Positions 12,491-22,339 of a DNA stretch of 64,000 nt are shown here, piece by piece. Under the pieces are notes generated by a model. It searched no databases and had not been told where the DNA came from. It saw only the letters and a list, made by a program, of their open reading frames with translations. The stretch's first letter is position 1; each line of letters opens with the position of its first letter. The stretch lies in contig CACIUX010000004.1 in the NCBI GenBank assembly GCA_902589965.1, positions 14,877 to 78,876 on the forward strand, given 5' to 3'. The position numbers and the translations under genes were made by a program. This DNA comes from an uncultured SAR86 cluster bacterium. GTDB taxonomy: Bacteria; Pseudomonadota; Gammaproteobacteria; Magnimaribacterales; AG-339-G14.

Positions 12491-12751
12491 CTTAAGAGCT
12501 TTTAATTTTTTGTTGAGTCTTGATTTAGTTCTTGCAACGTGATTTTTGGGAAGAACTTTTTTATTGGCAAGTTTGTCCATTAGTTTCTGAGTTTTCTTAA
12601 ACTCGTTCCCGGCAGCTTCGATGTCCTTATCATCAAGTGCTTTTTCAAAAGCCTTAATACTTGTCCTCGCAGAAGCACGTTGAGAGCTTTTAAGGGCATT
12701 TCTTCTATTAGCTTGCCTAGCTCTTTTAATTGCTGATTTAATGTTTGCCAT
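12482..12751 (-). CDS. rpsT: 30S ribosomal protein S20
   Basis: Start moved to ATG 12751 (MANIKSAIKRARQ). Confidence 0.96.
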   Translation of the reverse strand: MANIKSAIKRARQANRRNALKSSQRASARTSIKAFEKALDDKDIEAAGNEFKKTQKLMDKLANKKVLPKNHVARTKSRLNKKLKALKSA

Positions 12752-12760
12752 AGGTGCGGA

Positions 12761-12789
12761 ATGATGAAGATAACAAACTAATTTGTCAA
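12761..12789 (-). promoter_or_regulatory. Putative sigma70 promoter of rpsT
   Basis: Minus strand TTGACA-N17-CATCAT, 9 nt before the ATG. Confidence 0.6.
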
Positions 12790-12816
12790 TATAATACTTA
12801 ATAAGTTTATTCATTC

Positions 12817-14949
12817 ATGCGAAAACTAGCCATAATCCTTATTTCCATTAGTTTGTTATCGTGCGAGCAGTTAAGCATGGTTGATAATAATAATTTGAAA
12901 TCAATTTATCCCATGACTAAAAAAGTTAATATTTCTGATTTATACTTTTCAAAAGAAATTCAAGATCCATATAGATGGCTTGAGGATGATCTCGATAAGG
13001 AGACAAAGAGGTGGATAGAGGATCAAAATCTCTTTACTGATAAATACTTCGAAAGTTTAGGATCCAAAGAGCAAATAAAAGATGGATTAAAAAAAATTTG
13101 GGACTATGAGAAATTTTCTTCGCCCTTCAAAGAAGGAAATTACATTTATTTTTTCAAGAATACTGGCCTACAAAATCAATCAGCGCTTTATCGAAAAGAC
13201 TCTCAAGGGGTTGAGGAAGTCTTTTTAGATCCTAACTCGTTCAGTGAAGATGGAACTATCTCTTTATCTGATATTGGTTTTAGTAAAGATGGAAGTGTTG
13301 CTGCTTATGCAATTTCTGAAGGTGGAAGTGATTGGAGGAAAGTATTCTTTTTAGATACAGAAACCAAATCATTGTTATCAGATTCTCTAATCAACGTTAA
13401 GTTTTCTTCATTAAGTTGGAAAAACAATGAGGGTATCTACTATTCAACTTACGATGCTCCTGAAGGAAGTGAACTAAGTTCTTTGAATAATAATCATAAA
13501 CTTTATTTTCATAAATTAGGAACTACTCAAGAAAAAGATCAAATTATCTTTGGAAACAAAGCTGAACAAAAAAGAAGATATGTTTCATCCTCTGTAACAG
13601 AGGATCAAAAATACTTAATTATATCCGCCGCAAATTCCACATCTGGAAATGAACTCTATTTAATAAATCACTTAGATGAAAATCCACAAATTAAAACTAT
13701 AAATGATGATCTTTCTATCGATGTTTATTTATTGGATAGTCTAGATGACGAACTTTTTTTAGTGACTAACAATAATGCTGATAATCAAAAAATTATTTCA
13801 GTTCAAGCCACAAAACCTTCTTTATATAACTCCAAAGATTTAATCCCAGAACAGGATTCTGTAATGAGTCCAAGCTCTTCAGGAGGATATATATTTGTAG
13901 AGTTAATGCAGAATGCAATTTCAAAGACTTTTCAATATGATTTTTCTGGAAAGCTCATTAGAGAAGTCGATCTTCCGGGTATAGGTAGTGTTTCTCCAAT
14001 CTCAGGGAAAAGAGAGGATGATGAACTTTTCTATTCTTTCTCCAACTACCATACACCTCCCACAATCTACAGCATCAATCCCAAGAGCGGTAAATCAAAA
14101 ATTTATTTCAAGCCAAAGATAAATTTTGATCCTGAAAAATATATATCAGAGCAGGTTTTTTATACCTCCAAAGATGGAACAAAAGTTCCAATGATCATCA
14201 CATATAAAAAAGGTTTGAGTAAAAATGGTAAAAATCCAACAATTCTTTATGGATATGGAGGTTTTAACATTTCCCTCACTCCAAATTTCAGCAGCATTAT
14301 GGCTTATTGGTTAGAAAAAGGCGGAGTTTATGCGGTTCCAAATATCAGAGGAGGCGGAGAATATGGGAAGAAATGGCATCTATCTGGGACAAAAATGAAC
14401 AAGCAAAATGTATTTGATGATTTTATCTATGCCGCAAGATTTCTTTTTTCAGAGGGCTATACAAAATCAGAAAACTTAATTTTGAGAGGAGGTTCAAACG
14501 GAGGTCTTTTAGTTGGTGCTGTTATGACCCAAGAGCCTCAGCTTGCTAGAGTTGCTCTCCCTGCGGTTGGTGTACTAGATATGCTCAGGTATCATAAATT
14601 TACTGCCGGTGCAGGCTGGGCTTATGATTATGGTACATCAGATGAAAGTGAAGAGATGTTTAAATATCTTTTATCTTATTCACCATTACACAATATTAAA
14701 GACGAAGTCTCTTATCCCGCCACATTGATAACAACAGGCGATCATGACGATAGGGTAGTCCCAGCTCATTCATATAAGTTTGCCGCTTCATTGCAGGAAT
14801 TACACAGTGGAGATAATCCTATCCTCATTAGAATTGAAACTGAAGCAGGACATGGTGCAGGCACTCCAACCGAGATAATCTTAGACTCTTATTCAGAAAT
14901 CTTTTCATTCATCTTAGGAAATATAGAAAATAGATTATCAATAAAATAG
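12817..14949 (+). CDS. Prolyl oligopeptidase (S9A) with lipoprotein signal
   Basis: Lipobox LLSC; DPYRWLE, YGYGGF, catalytic GGSNGG, DDRV, AGHG. Confidence 0.93.
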   Translation: MRKLAIILISISLLSCEQLSMVDNNNLKSIYPMTKKVNISDLYFSKEIQDPYRWLEDDLDKETKRWIEDQNLFTDKYFESLGSKEQIKDGLKKIWDYEKFSSPFKEGNYIYFFKNTGLQNQSALYRKDSQGVEEVFLDPNSFSEDGTISLSDIGFSKDGSVAAYAISEGGSDWRKVFFLDTETKSLLSDSLINVKFSSLSWKNNEGIYYSTYDAPEGSELSSLNNNHKLYFHKLGTTQEKDQIIFGNKAEQKRRYVSSSVTEDQKYLIISAANSTSGNELYLINHLDENPQIKTINDDLSIDVYLLDSLDDELFLVTNNNADNQKIISVQATKPSLYNSKDLIPEQDSVMSPSSSGGYIFVELMQNAISKTFQYDFSGKLIREVDLPGIGSVSPISGKREDDELFYSFSNYHTPPTIYSINPKSGKSKIYFKPKINFDPEKYISEQVFYTSKDGTKVPMIITYKKGLSKNGKNPTILYGYGGFNISLTPNFSSIMAYWLEKGGVYAVPNIRGGGEYGKKWHLSGTKMNKQNVFDDFIYAARFLFSEGYTKSENLILRGGSNGGLLVGAVMTQEPQLARVALPAVGVLDMLRYHKFTAGAGWAYDYGTSDESEEMFKYLLSYSPLHNIKDEVSYPATLITTGDHDDRVVPAHSYKFAASLQELHSGDNPILIRIETEAGHGAGTPTEIILDSYSEIFSFILGNIENRLSIK

Positions 14950-14969
14950 ATCAATTTAATTTCTAATTT

Positions 14970-15318
14970 TGGTGGAGGCGGCGGGTATCGAACCCGCGTC
15001 CAACTAACTCTTACCTTCAGATCTACATGCTTATTTCACCAATTTTCTTTTACTTCCATGGCCCGATGAAAAGGGATTAGAAGAGTAAGCTCAGAAAAGT
15101 CTTATCAAAATGAGTCTGAGCAACACATTTCAAGCATTCTACTAGTCGACTTCGCTTATCCCTTAGTAGAAGTCAGGGTAAGGAAGCTAGCTTAATTATG
15201 CAGCTAGTGCGTAGTTGTTTTTGCCAACTAATTGTTTTGAGAATTGTTTAACGAGAACTCCTCAATCTCGACATGCACTTAAGGTTCGAAAGAAAGATGT
15301 CTAATCCTGTTCGCCCCC
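14970..15318 (-). ncRNA. ssrA: tmRNA; tag reading frame 15225-15196 encodes GKNNYALAA
   Basis: 5' GGGGGCG pairs with 3' CGCCTCC-A-CCA (G3:U70), T-arm GCGGGTTCGATACCCGC, YALAA-stop tag, next to smpB. Confidence 0.97.
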
Positions 15319-15348
15319 AAAAAAGCAAGTAATTGTATCTAATGATCT

Positions 15349-15816
15349 TCACTTAGAAAAATTTTCTAACGAAGATTTTTCCTTATTCCACTCCTTATTT
15401 TTCAATGAGTGTCTCTTATCGTATTTTGATTTTCCTCGAGCCACAGAAATTTTTACTTTAACTAAATTATTTTTCCAAAAAATTTTTATGGGGACGCAAC
15501 TCAATCCTTTTTCATTTGTCTGTTTGAAAAGCTTAGATAACTCTGCCTTAGTAAGTAAAAGCTTTCTAGACCTTTCTGATGAAACTTCGTAATTAATTTC
15601 TTTCATGGGTAGAATTTTCAACCCAATAATCCATGCTTCTCCTTTTTTTAGAACAACGTAAGCATTTTTTAATTCTATCTGCCCATTTCTGATACTTTTA
15701 ACCTCCCAGCCTTCCAAAGAAATTCCTGCTTCAAAATCATCTAAAAGCTCATAATTAAATCTTGCTTGTCGATTTTCAATTGTTGGTCGCAAGTTACTTT
15801 TTTTGGAGATGTTCAT
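15349..15816 (-). CDS. smpB: SsrA-binding protein
   Basis: NRQARFNY, EAGISLEGWEVKSIR, RKLLL, GKSKYDKR. Confidence 0.97.
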   Translation of the reverse strand: MNISKKSNLRPTIENRQARFNYELLDDFEAGISLEGWEVKSIRNGQIELKNAYVVLKKGEAWIIGLKILPMKEINYEVSSERSRKLLLTKAELSKLFKQTNEKGLSCVPIKIFWKNNLVKVKISVARGKSKYDKRHSLKNKEWNKEKSSLENFSK

Positions 15817-15864
15817 TGATGTAGTATAACTATTAAGTAATGATTCTTTTAGAGACGTCTTTGT

Positions 15865-17208
15865 ATGGCAAATAATTCAAAAATTTGGAAAGGCAATTGG
15901 ACTTTTATACTAGCTGCAGCAGGATCCGCTGTAGGCCTTGGCAATATTTGGAAATTTCCCTACATGGCGGGTGAAAATGGTGGAGGAGCATTTGTAATAA
16001 TTTACCTAGCCTGCATCGTATTAATTGGATTTCCAGTGATGATGTCCGAGATTTTCTTAGGAAAATACGGAAGATCAAGCCCAGTTTATACAATGAAAAA
16101 ATTTGTTTCCCTCAAAGGAATTTCTTCGTACTGGGTTTTGCTAGGGTGGTTTGGTGCCTTAGCAGGTTTGATGATCTTATCTTACTATAGCGTTTTTGCA
16201 GGTATTTCTTTGGCTTATATTTTTAGTCCAATTCCTGTTGACTCACTGAATCCTTCTCAATATTCTGTTGATTTTTTTGCTCAGTTTCAGTCCTCTCCAA
16301 TGAGGATGATCTTTTGGCACAGCCTTTTTTTGATTTTAACTTGTTTGATAGTCGCAAAGGGAGTCGTCGATGGAATTGGCGCCACCATTAAGATAATTAT
16401 GCCAACTTTATTTTTTTTGATAATTCTGCTTTCAATTTATTCATCATTTACGGGAGAAATTGGTAAAGCTATCAGTTTTTTGTTCATGCCAGATTTTTCT
16501 AAGATCACGTCAAGTGTAATTATAAGTGCCATGGGTCAGGCTTTTTTTACTCTGAGTTTAGGCATGGGGGCAATTATGGCTTATGGTGCATATATTCCTG
16601 AGGAACAAAACTTAACCAAAACTGTCAGTTTAATAATTTTTCTAGATACTTTTGTTGCCATAATTGCTGGAGTGATTATTTTCCCGATTGTATTTGCTAA
16701 TCCAGAGCTTACTCCAACCGCTGGTCCGTCATTATTTTTTGAGACTTTACCTGTGGCTTTTTATGGTATTCCCTTCAGTTTTTTTGCTTCAGCTCTATTT
16801 TTTATTCTTGTTTCGTTAGCTGCCTTGAGTTCGTCTGTATCCTTAATTGAACCCAGTACAGCTTGGATGGAGGATAGATTTAAAATTTCCAGGACTTATG
16901 CTGTTACTATCCTTGGATCCATTGCTTGGCTATTGGGACTTGGAAGTTTGTTCTCATTTAATCTAATAGCAGACTTTCAAATATTTTCGATGTCGTTTTT
17001 AGACTTTATGGACTTTTTAACAAACTCAGTCATGTTGCCATTAGGCGGCTTGTTTATTGCTTTACTAGTTGGCTGGATTCTTTCAGAGAACTTTGTCAAA
17101 GAAGAGATGAAGATAAAAAATGAACTTTATTGGAAAATTTGGATAAATCTAACTAGGTATGTCGCTCCAATCTTAATTGGATTGGTCTTTATTTTTGCTC
17201 TCTTCTAA
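15865..17208 (+). CDS. Sodium-dependent transporter, NSS/SNF family
   Basis: GSAVGLGNIWKFPY, NGGGAF, GQAFFTLSLG; many TM helices. Confidence 0.93.
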   Translation: MANNSKIWKGNWTFILAAAGSAVGLGNIWKFPYMAGENGGGAFVIIYLACIVLIGFPVMMSEIFLGKYGRSSPVYTMKKFVSLKGISSYWVLLGWFGALAGLMILSYYSVFAGISLAYIFSPIPVDSLNPSQYSVDFFAQFQSSPMRMIFWHSLFLILTCLIVAKGVVDGIGATIKIIMPTLFFLIILLSIYSSFTGEIGKAISFLFMPDFSKITSSVIISAMGQAFFTLSLGMGAIMAYGAYIPEEQNLTKTVSLIIFLDTFVAIIAGVIIFPIVFANPELTPTAGPSLFFETLPVAFYGIPFSFFASALFFILVSLAALSSSVSLIEPSTAWMEDRFKISRTYAVTILGSIAWLLGLGSLFSFNLIADFQIFSMSFLDFMDFLTNSVMLPLGGLFIALLVGWILSENFVKEEMKIKNELYWKIWINLTRYVAPILIGLVFIFALF

Positions 17209-17508
17209 ATTATTTGTCCAAGACAAAAGTCTTCCCGACTCAAATTTAAGGGTAAAGCTAGTTTTTCCCAGAAGCTTTTCGCCATGAATTATTTGTCGAT
17301 AATACTCCCATCTATCTCTTTCTAGAGGATCGCGGATTAAAGGAGTTCCCATAATGAAATTTACTTGAGCTTCTGTCATACCAACTTCTAATTGTTGGAT
17401 CATCTCGTCTGTGACAAGGTTTCCTTGAGGTACCACCACTCTATAAAATCTATCCCCGCAGGAAATAAATACAAGAGAGATAAGAATTGCTATTATTGAT
17501 TTATTCAT
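17173..17508 (-). CDS. bamE: Outer membrane protein assembly lipoprotein BamE
   Basis: Start moved to ATG 17508; lipobox FISC; QGN, GMTEAQVNFIMGTP, RWEY; divergent from fur. Confidence 0.93.
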   Translation of the reverse strand: MNKSIIAILISLVFISCGDRFYRVVVPQGNLVTDEMIQQLEVGMTEAQVNFIMGTPLIRDPLERDRWEYYRQIIHGEKLLGKTSFTLKFESGRLLSWTNNLEESKNKDQSN

Positions 17509-17545
17509 AGGAATCCCAATTATAATGGGGAATACACATAATAAA

Positions 17546-17956
17546 ATGGTTAAAGATAAGAATATTAGAGACGCAGGACTCAAGGTAACTTTACCGAGGG
17601 TAAGGATTTTAGAAATTTTTGAGTCATCTGATCAGAAACACCTTAGCGCTGATGAAGTTTATAAAAAACTTATTGAGGCTGGAGATGAGGTTGGTTTGGC
17701 TACTGTTTACAGAGTTCTTACTCAGTTTGAATCAGCGGATATACTAATGAAACACAACTTCGAATCAGGCCATTCAGTTTATGAATTGATGCCAGACGAT
17801 CATCATGACCACATGGTATGTATGGAAACAGGCAAGGTTATTGAATTTAATGATCAGATCATTGAAGAAAAACAAGAAGAATTAGCTAAGTCTATGGGGT
17901 ATAAAATCGTTGATCATAGGTTGGTTTTATACGTTGAACCTATAAAAAATGACTAA
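17546..17956 (+). CDS. fur: Ferric uptake regulator
   Basis: Start moved to ATG 17546; GLKVTLPRVRIL, GLATVYRVLTQF, HHDHMVC. Confidence 0.97.
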   Translation: MVKDKNIRDAGLKVTLPRVRILEIFESSDQKHLSADEVYKKLIEAGDEVGLATVYRVLTQFESADILMKHNFESGHSVYELMPDDHHDHMVCMETGKVIEFNDQIIEEKQEELAKSMGYKIVDHRLVLYVEPIKND

Positions 17957-18503
17957 AAAGAAAGACTCTAAACTTTATCAGGATGACGTCTCAGAGCTTG
18001 AAGAGGTTCAAGATAATGTTGAACAACCGGAAGAAAAATCAGATTTAGAAGAAGAAGTTGAGCCTTCACCAGAAGAAAAAATTTCCTCTCTTGAAGATCA
18101 GATGATGAGACTTCAAGCAGAAATGATTAATACACGAAAATCTGCTCAAAATGACATTGCACGCGCAAGAATATTCGGCTTAGAGTCATTTATGAAAGAC
18201 TTGCTCTCAGTTATTGATAATCTATTTAGAAACCTAGACTTTAAGACGGAAGAAAATACTATTCCTGCGGATGGTTACGAGTTAATTTTGAGAGAGTTGG
18301 AAAATGTTCTTGGTAAAAATGGAATAGTTCTTTTAGATCCTTTAGGAGATGAATTTGATCCAAAATTGCATGAAGCTATATCAACTTCAAATGATAAGGA
18401 CAAAGGAAACAATATTATTTTATCCGTTGCGCAAAAAGGCTGCACATTAAATGATCGACTTATCAGGCCTGCCCTTGTAGTAGTAAATAAAATCCCTCAT
18501 TAA
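17949..18503 (+). CDS. grpE: Nucleotide exchange factor GrpE
   Basis: FDPKLHEA, QKG..LNDRLIRPALVVV; precedes dnaK. Confidence 0.95.
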   Translation: MTKKKDSKLYQDDVSELEEVQDNVEQPEEKSDLEEEVEPSPEEKISSLEDQMMRLQAEMINTRKSAQNDIARARIFGLESFMKDLLSVIDNLFRNLDFKTEENTIPADGYELILRELENVLGKNGIVLLDPLGDEFDPKLHEAISTSNDKDKGNNIILSVAQKGCTLNDRLIRPALVVVNKIPH

Positions 18504-18504
18504 T

Positions 18505-18530
18505 CTTGTTTTTTCCTAAAAAAGCCATAT
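18505..18530 (+). promoter_or_regulatory. Possible sigma32-type promoter upstream of dnaK
   Basis: CTTGTT-N13-GCCATAT, a partial match to the CTTGAA-N13/17-CCCCATNT consensus. Confidence 0.4.
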
Positions 18531-18555
18531 TTAGGGTTAAAAGGAGATAAAAGTT

Positions 18556-20478
18556 ATGTCTAAAGTTATAGGAATTGATTTAGGAACCACTAATTCTTGT
18601 GTTGCTGTAATGGAAGGTAACCAAGCAAAAGTTATTGAAAATTCAGAAGGAGCAAGAACAACACCATCTGTTGTGGCTTACACGGATGAGATTCTAGTCG
18701 GACAGAGTGCTAAAAGGCAGTCTGTAACAAACCCTGAAAATACTCTATATGCCATTAAAAGACTCATAGGTAGAAGATTTGAAGATGATGTTGTATCAAA
18801 GGATAAAGACATGGTGCCATTTAAAATCATTAAAGCAGATAATGGAGATGCTTGGGTCGAGGCAGGTGGAAAAGGCTTAGCACCACAACAAGTTTCTGCC
18901 GAAATTCTCAGAACCTTGAAGAAAAGAGCTGAAGAATATCTAGGGCAAGAAGTAAAAGAGGCAGTCATCACTGTTCCTGCATATTTCAATGACTCTCAAC
19001 GTCAAGCCACTAAAGATGCTGGAAAAATAGCCGGCCTTGATGTCAAGAGAATTATCAATGAACCTACAGCTGCTGCACTTGCTTTTGGTTTAGATAAAAA
19101 AACCTCTGATCAGAAAATTGCTGTTTATGATTTAGGAGGAGGGACATTTGATATTTCTATAATTGAACTTGCTGAGGTCGAAGGAGAAAAACAATTCGAG
19201 GTTCTTTCCACAAACGGAGATACATTTCTTGGTGGAGAGGATTTTGATATTGCAATAATAGATTATTTGGTTGATGAATTTAAAAAAGATCAGGGCGTTG
19301 ATCTAAAAGCAGATCCTGCTGCGCTTCAGAGATTAAAAGAAGCTGCCGAAAAAGCAAAAATTGAATTGTCATCCAATCAGCAAACTGAAATCAATCTTCC
19401 TTATGTAACTGCAGATTCTTCAGGGCCAAAACATCTACTTTATAAAATCACTAGAGCAAAATTCGAATCTTTGGTATCAGAATTGGTAGAGAGAAGCATA
19501 AAGCCCGTTGAAATTGCTATGAAAGATGCTGGCCTATCTCCATCTGACATATCTGATGTAATTTTAGTTGGCGGTCAGACTAGAATGCCTCTTGTTCAAG
19601 ATAAAGTTAAAGAATTTTTTGGGAAAGAGCCAAGACAGGACATTAATCCTGATGAGGCGGTTGCTATGGGCGCAGCTGTTCAAGGTGCGGTTTTAGCAGG
19701 AGATGTTACAGATATCCTTTTGTTGGATGTAACTCCTTTAACGCTTGGGATAGAAACTTTAGGTGGTGTTGCAACTCCATTAATAGAGAAAAATACAACT
19801 ATCCCAACTAATAAATCTCAAATTTTTTCCACTGCAGAAGACAATCAAACAGCAGTAACAGTAAACGTTGTTCAAGGAGAGCGAAAACAGGCTGCTGACA
19901 ATAAGCAATTAGGTCTTTTCAATTTGGACGGTATTGCTCCTGCTCCTAGAGGCATGCCGCAAATTGAGGTAGCTTTCGATATCGATGCAAACGGAATATT
20001 AAATGTTTCAGCCAAAGACAAAGCAACTGGCAAAGAGCAAAAGATCACTATTCAGGCATCCGGAGGATTATCTGAAGACGAGATAGAAAAAATGGTTTCA
20101 GATGCCGAAGCGAACGCTGATAACGATAAGAAGTTTGAGGAACTGGTAAACGCCAGGAACACAGCAGATACTCTCATTCACGGTTGTAAAAAAACTCTGG
20201 AAGAATCAAAAGATAAAGTTTCAGAAGATGAAAAATCTGCTATTGAGGCTGCTATTTCAGATTTAGAGGAGGCTCTAAAGGGAGATGATAAAGATAGCAT
20301 AGAAGAGAAAACTAAAGCTTTAACAGATGCTTCCTCATCAATGGCACAAAGACTTTATGCAGAACAGCAACAAGAATCACAGGAAGCTGATCAAGCTAAT
20401 GATAGCGATAATCAGGGATCGAATGAAGAAAATGTTGTTGATGCTGATTTTGAAGAAGTAAAAGAAGAATCTAGATAG
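18556..20478 (+). CDS. dnaK: Chaperone DnaK
   Basis: [25 protein letters not shown]; RBS AAGGAG. Confidence 0.99.
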   Translation: MSKVIGIDLGTTNSCVAVMEGNQAKVIENSEGARTTPSVVAYTDEILVGQSAKRQSVTNPENTLYAIKRLIGRRFEDDVVSKDKDMVPFKIIKADNGDAWVEAGGKGLAPQQVSAEILRTLKKRAEEYLGQEVKEAVITVPAYFNDSQRQATKDAGKIAGLDVKRIINEPTAAALAFGLDKKTSDQKIAVYDLGGGTFDISIIELAEVEGEKQFEVLSTNGDTFLGGEDFDIAIIDYLVDEFKKDQGVDLKADPAALQRLKEAAEKAKIELSSNQQTEINLPYVTADSSGPKHLLYKITRAKFESLVSELVERSIKPVEIAMKDAGLSPSDISDVILVGGQTRMPLVQDKVKEFFGKEPRQDINPDEAVAMGAAVQGAVLAGDVTDILLLDVTPLTLGIETLGGVATPLIEKNTTIPTNKSQIFSTAEDNQTAVTVNVVQGERKQAADNKQLGLFNLDGIAPAPRGMPQIEVAFDIDANGILNVSAKDKATGKEQKITIQASGGLSEDEIEKMVSDAEANADNDKKFEELVNARNTADTLIHGCKKTLEESKDKVSEDEKSAIEAAISDLEEALKGDDKDSIEEKTKALTDASSSMAQRLYAEQQQESQEADQANDSDNQGSNEENVVDADFEEVKEESR

Positions 20479-20494
20479 ATTCTTATCAGTTCCA

Positions 20495-21571
20495 ATGAGT
20501 AAACGAGACTACTATGATGTTTTGGGAGTCTCTAAATCCTCCTCAAAAGATGAGCTAAAAAAAGCTTACAGAAAATTAGCAATGAAATATCATCCGGATC
20601 GAAATCCTGATGATCAAGAGGCAGCAGATAAATTCAAGGAACTATCAGAGGCCTATGAAATTCTTTCTGATGATCAAAAAAGACAAGCCTATGATAACTT
20701 TGGCCATCAGGGAGTCAATTCTCAATATTCAAGTGCACAAGGTGCTGCAGATGCCTTTAGTGATATTTTTGGAGATATTTTTGGAGATATTTTTGGAGGA
20801 TCATCAAGAGGTAGATCGAGATCGAGTGGTGCAGATCTTGCTTATAATTTAAGCATTTCACTAGAAGAGGCTGTAAGAGGTACAGAAGTAAGCCTTCAAA
20901 TACCATCTAAGGAAAGATGCTCTGGTAAGTGGTCTACCTGTACCTATTGCTCTGGAACAGGAGTTGTCAGAATGCAGCAAGGCTTTTTTTCGATGCAACA
21001 AACTTGTCCTCAATGCAGAGGAGAAGGCGAAATACATGATCCTAACTGTAATATTTGTCATGGTGAGGGTTATATCAAAAAAGCTAAAACTTTATCTGTA
21101 AAAATTCCTGCAGGAATTGATTCTGGCGATAGAATAAGACTCTCGGGAGAAGGCGAACCTGGTAATCGCAATGATCCTAATGGAGATCTTTTTATCACAG
21201 TAGAAATTAAGGAACATAAAATATTCCAAAGAGATGGGAGGCACCTATACTGCGAGATACCAATAAATTATATCGATGCCGTCCTTGGAGGAGACGTTGA
21301 AGTACCTACTTTAGATGGAAAGGTAAAGTTAAAAATACCTTCTGGAACTCAGAGTCATAAATTGATGAGACTTAAAGGTAAGGGTATTAGGCCCATTAAT
21401 GGAGCATCAAAAGGCGATATCTTAGTTAGAGTACTAATTGAAACTCCTATCAATATTTCGTCAGAGCAAAAGAAACTTCTTGAACAGCTGAAAGAATCAT
21501 TTGATAAAGATAGAAATTCCCCTAAAGAAAAATCTTGGTTTGAGAACGCTAGAGATTTTATGAGAGGATAA
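20495..21571 (+). CDS. dnaJ: Co-chaperone DnaJ with atypical zinc-finger region
   Basis: HPD J-domain, DIF repeats, three intact CxxCxGxG motifs. Confidence 0.97.
   Translation: MSKRDYYDVLGVSKSSSKDELKKAYRKLAMKYHPDRNPDDQEAADKFKELSEAYEILSDDQKRQAYDNFGHQGVNSQYSSAQGAADAFSDIFGDIFGDIFGGSSRGRSRSSGADLAYNLSISLEEAVRGTEVSLQIPSKERCSGKWSTCTYCSGTGVVRMQQGFFSMQQTCPQCRGEGEIHDPNCNICHGEGYIKKAKTLSVKIPAGIDSGDRIRLSGEGEPGNRNDPNGDLFITVEIKEHKIFQRDGRHLYCEIPINYIDAVLGGDVEVPTLDGKVKLKIPSGTQSHKLMRLKGKGIRPINGASKGDILVRVLIETPINISSEQKKLLEQLKESFDKDRNSPKEKSWFENARDFMRG
20762..20797 (+). repeat. Perfect in-frame 12-nt tandem repeat x3 (GATATTTTTGGA, encoding DIFG) in dnaJ
   Basis: Read directly from sequence. Confidence 0.9.
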
Positions 21572-22290
21572 TGATTAAATTATTTGTATGCGGTATCTCA
21601 GGGCGACTAGGCGCAAGCATTGTTGATGAGGTAAAAAAATCATCAAACATAAGCTTGGCAGGGGGTTTAGTTAGCGGCAGGGATAACTCTTCAAATATAA
21701 ACGTCAGTTTACAGGGAGTTCAAATCATTTCTGACTTAAACGATCTCACCGATGCTGATGTCGTAATTGATTGCTCTACTTCGCTAGATTTAATAAAAAT
21801 TAAAGAAAAATGCGAACTAATCGGTGCTAGCTTAATTGTTGCTTCAACTGGAAAAGGAGATTTCAGGGAGATTTTTAATAATAAAAGTCTATCAATTCCT
21901 GTTTTAGCCGCACCTAACTTAAGTATTGGGGTAGCCTTTTTGAGCAATTTATTAAATTATGTTTCTGAAAAAAAGCTTCCTTTGAAAAGAATTAATATCG
22001 AAGAAACTCACCATAATGAAAAAATTGATACCCCTTCAGGCACCGCTTTGATGTTAAAAAAGGAGTTAATAGAACTATTTAATGTTGATGAAATTGAAAT
22101 AATTTCAAATCGAGATGAATCTTCTGTAGGCACTCATAAAATTAATATATATCTTGAGGACGAGATTCTATCTTTAGAGCATAAGGCACTTGATAGAAAA
22201 GCATTTGCTTTAGGGGCTCTAAATCTAATTGAATGGATTCATCGTAAAACCCCTGGAATATATTCAGTTCAAGATGCATTGAATAATTAG
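21571..22290 (+). CDS. dapB: 4-hydroxy-tetrahydrodipicolinate reductase
   Basis: GISGRLG, APNLSIG, ETHHNEKIDTPSGTA, FALGA. Confidence 0.93.
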   Translation: MIKLFVCGISGRLGASIVDEVKKSSNISLAGGLVSGRDNSSNINVSLQGVQIISDLNDLTDADVVIDCSTSLDLIKIKEKCELIGASLIVASTGKGDFREIFNNKSLSIPVLAAPNLSIGVAFLSNLLNYVSEKKLPLKRINIEETHHNEKIDTPSGTALMLKKELIELFNVDEIEIISNRDESSVGTHKINIYLEDEILSLEHKALDRKAFALGALNLIEWIHRKTPGIYSVQDALNN

Positions 22291-22308
22291 TTTTCCTTTA
22301 TATTCAGT

Positions 22309-22319
22309 TGTGATATAAA
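22309..22319 (+). promoter_or_regulatory. Extended -10 promoter of rpsB
   Basis: TGTGATATAAA, near-identical to the gammaproteobacterial rpsB promoter TGTGGTATAAA. Confidence 0.7.
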
Positions 22320-22339
22320 ACACTCGCGAAAGCTTAAAA

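Noticed and set aside
14950-14975. tmRNA 3' end as an integration site for a prophage or island
   Set aside because: No integrase and no duplicated 3' fragment (att) seen; only 20 bp to the convergent peptidase stop
14970-15000. tRNA-like T-arm and CCA end
   Set aside because: Part of the tmRNA tRNA-like domain; no anticodon arm
20466-20483. Hairpin AGAATCT-AGAT-AGATTCT over the dnaK stop as terminator
   Set aside because: AT-rich, no U-tract, and dnaJ follows 16 bp after the stop; too weak to call
20762-20797. Tandem 12-mer as contingency locus or CRISPR-like repeat
   Set aside because: In-frame coding for the standard DnaJ DIF motifs; no spacers or cas genes
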